A stretch of DNA of 64,000 nt, taken from an uncultured delta proteobacterium (GTDB lineage Bacteria; Desulfobacterota; Binatia; UBA9968). Below the pieces are notes generated by a model. The model worked only from the letters and a program-made list of their open reading frames with translations, did no database searches and was not told where the DNA came from. How positions within the stretch are numbered: position 1 is the stretch's first letter; each line of letters opens with the position of its first letter. This document shows positions 63,218 through 64,000 of this stretch, one piece after another. The position numbers and the translations under genes were made by a program. Where the stretch lies: positions 1-64,000 of the forward strand of contig CAVXEP010000020.1 in the NCBI GenBank assembly GCA_963760795.1, written 5' to 3'.

Positions 63218-64000
63218 TTACTTTCCCCACAATTCTTTAGTCGCGATGCGCGCCCCTTCAGCCATCGCCTCAAACTTCGCCCAACCCACCTGCGGATGAC
63301 CGACCCGCGAGCCGATGCCGCAATCGGTGCCGGCGATGATGTTTTCCTTGCCGACGATCTTGGCGTAACGCACTAAGCGATCGGCGATCGCCCGCGGATG
63401 CTCGATGAAATCGCTGTAGTGGCCGACGACCCCGGGCATGAGCATCTTGCCATCCGGCAGCTTCACCTCTTCCCAGACGCGCCACTCATGATCGTGGCAG
63501 GGATTGGACGCCTCGATGGAGTAGGCGCTCGCTTTAACTTTGAGAATCAGATCCGCAATGTCCTTGAGCGGTACGTCGTATTTGTGCGGCCCATGATAAC
63601 TGCCCCAGCACATGTGGAAACGAATGCGCTCCTCGGGTAACCCGGCGAGCGCGTGGTTCAGCGCGGCGATGCGCAGCTCCTGATATTTGCGATAGTCCGC
63701 CAGACTCATGTCCGGATGCATCTGCCAGGCATCGGCGAGATCGGGATCGTCGATCTGCAAGACGAAGCCGGCATCGACGATCGCTTGGTACTCTTCACGC
63801 ATCGCGCCGGCGATGGCGAAGAGATACTCCTCGGTGGTCTTGTAATATTCGTTCTTCATCCAATGCTCCATCGTGCCGGGAGCGATGGCCGGGAGAAATC
63901 CCTCTGTGTACTGCTTGCCTTGGAGCGCCGCTTTGAGATTGGCGATGTCGGCGTTGACTTCATCCTGGCCGATATACTTGAGCGGCTCGACGCAGTAGAA
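63218..64000 (-). CDS. Cobalamin-independent methionine synthase II-like (MetE C-terminal) family protein, 5'-partial
   Basis: LQIDDP, HMCWGS, IEASNP, AGTDCG. Confidence 0.88.
   Translation of the reverse strand, partial: FYCVEPLKYIGQDEVNADIANLKAALQGKQYTEGFLPAIAPGTMEHWMKNEYYKTTEEYLFAIAGAMREEYQAIVDAGFVLQIDDPDLADAWQMHPDMSLADYRKYQELRIAALNHALAGLPEERIRFHMCWGSYHGPHKYDVPLKDIADLILKVKASAYSIEASNPCHDHEWRVWEEVKLPDGKMLMPGVVGHYSDFIEHPRAIADRLVRYAKIVGKENIIAGTDCGIGSRVGHPQVGWAKFEAMAEGARIATKELWGK

Noticed and set aside
1-64000. Genome-wide UGA reassignment (code 4/25) as the explanation for in-frame TGA
   Set aside because: Many genes end properly at TGA (ECF sigma, macB, glgC, ubiD, SET); read-through is indicated only at two Cys positions with hairpins

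Overview
GC-rich bacterial genomic window. The dispersed NMT1/TauA-type binding proteins, amidohydrolase-2, UbiD, MmgE/PrpD, M24 and CMD paralogues suggest a Candidatus Binatia/Deltaproteobacteria-like MAG (inference). From left to right: (1) two divergent circularly permuted ATP-grasp/alpha-E/transglutaminase peptide-ligase modules (0.1-11.2 kb), with sigma54-type promoters and a hidden glgP fragment between them; (2) orphan solute-binding proteins, GST and a Mo-hydroxylase large subunit; (3) an ECF sigma/anti-sigma/Spy-like + MacAB-OMF unit with a duplicated promoter motif; (4) dnaJ-like/cbpM-like genes, a cyanobacterial-type glgC, a THUMP methyltransferase and an RRM protein; (5) a long stretch of putative catabolic enzymes, a SET-domain gene, murJ and a heme/2Fe-2S adenylate cyclase. 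The strongest hidden signal is two genes broken in the ORF track by an in-frame TGA at the catalytic Cys position: an exported rhodanese (49317-49751, minus) and an AhpD/CMD-like CxxU protein (55994-56563, plus). Each TGA is followed by a hairpin capped by the same CAGGCTG, so these are two probable selenoproteins with a shared SECIS. About 11 genes carry indels that most likely reflect assembly error. Intergenic DNA is rich in REP-like palindromes and includes a TIR-bounded MITE-like element. No rRNA, tRNA, CRISPR array or transposase was recognised.
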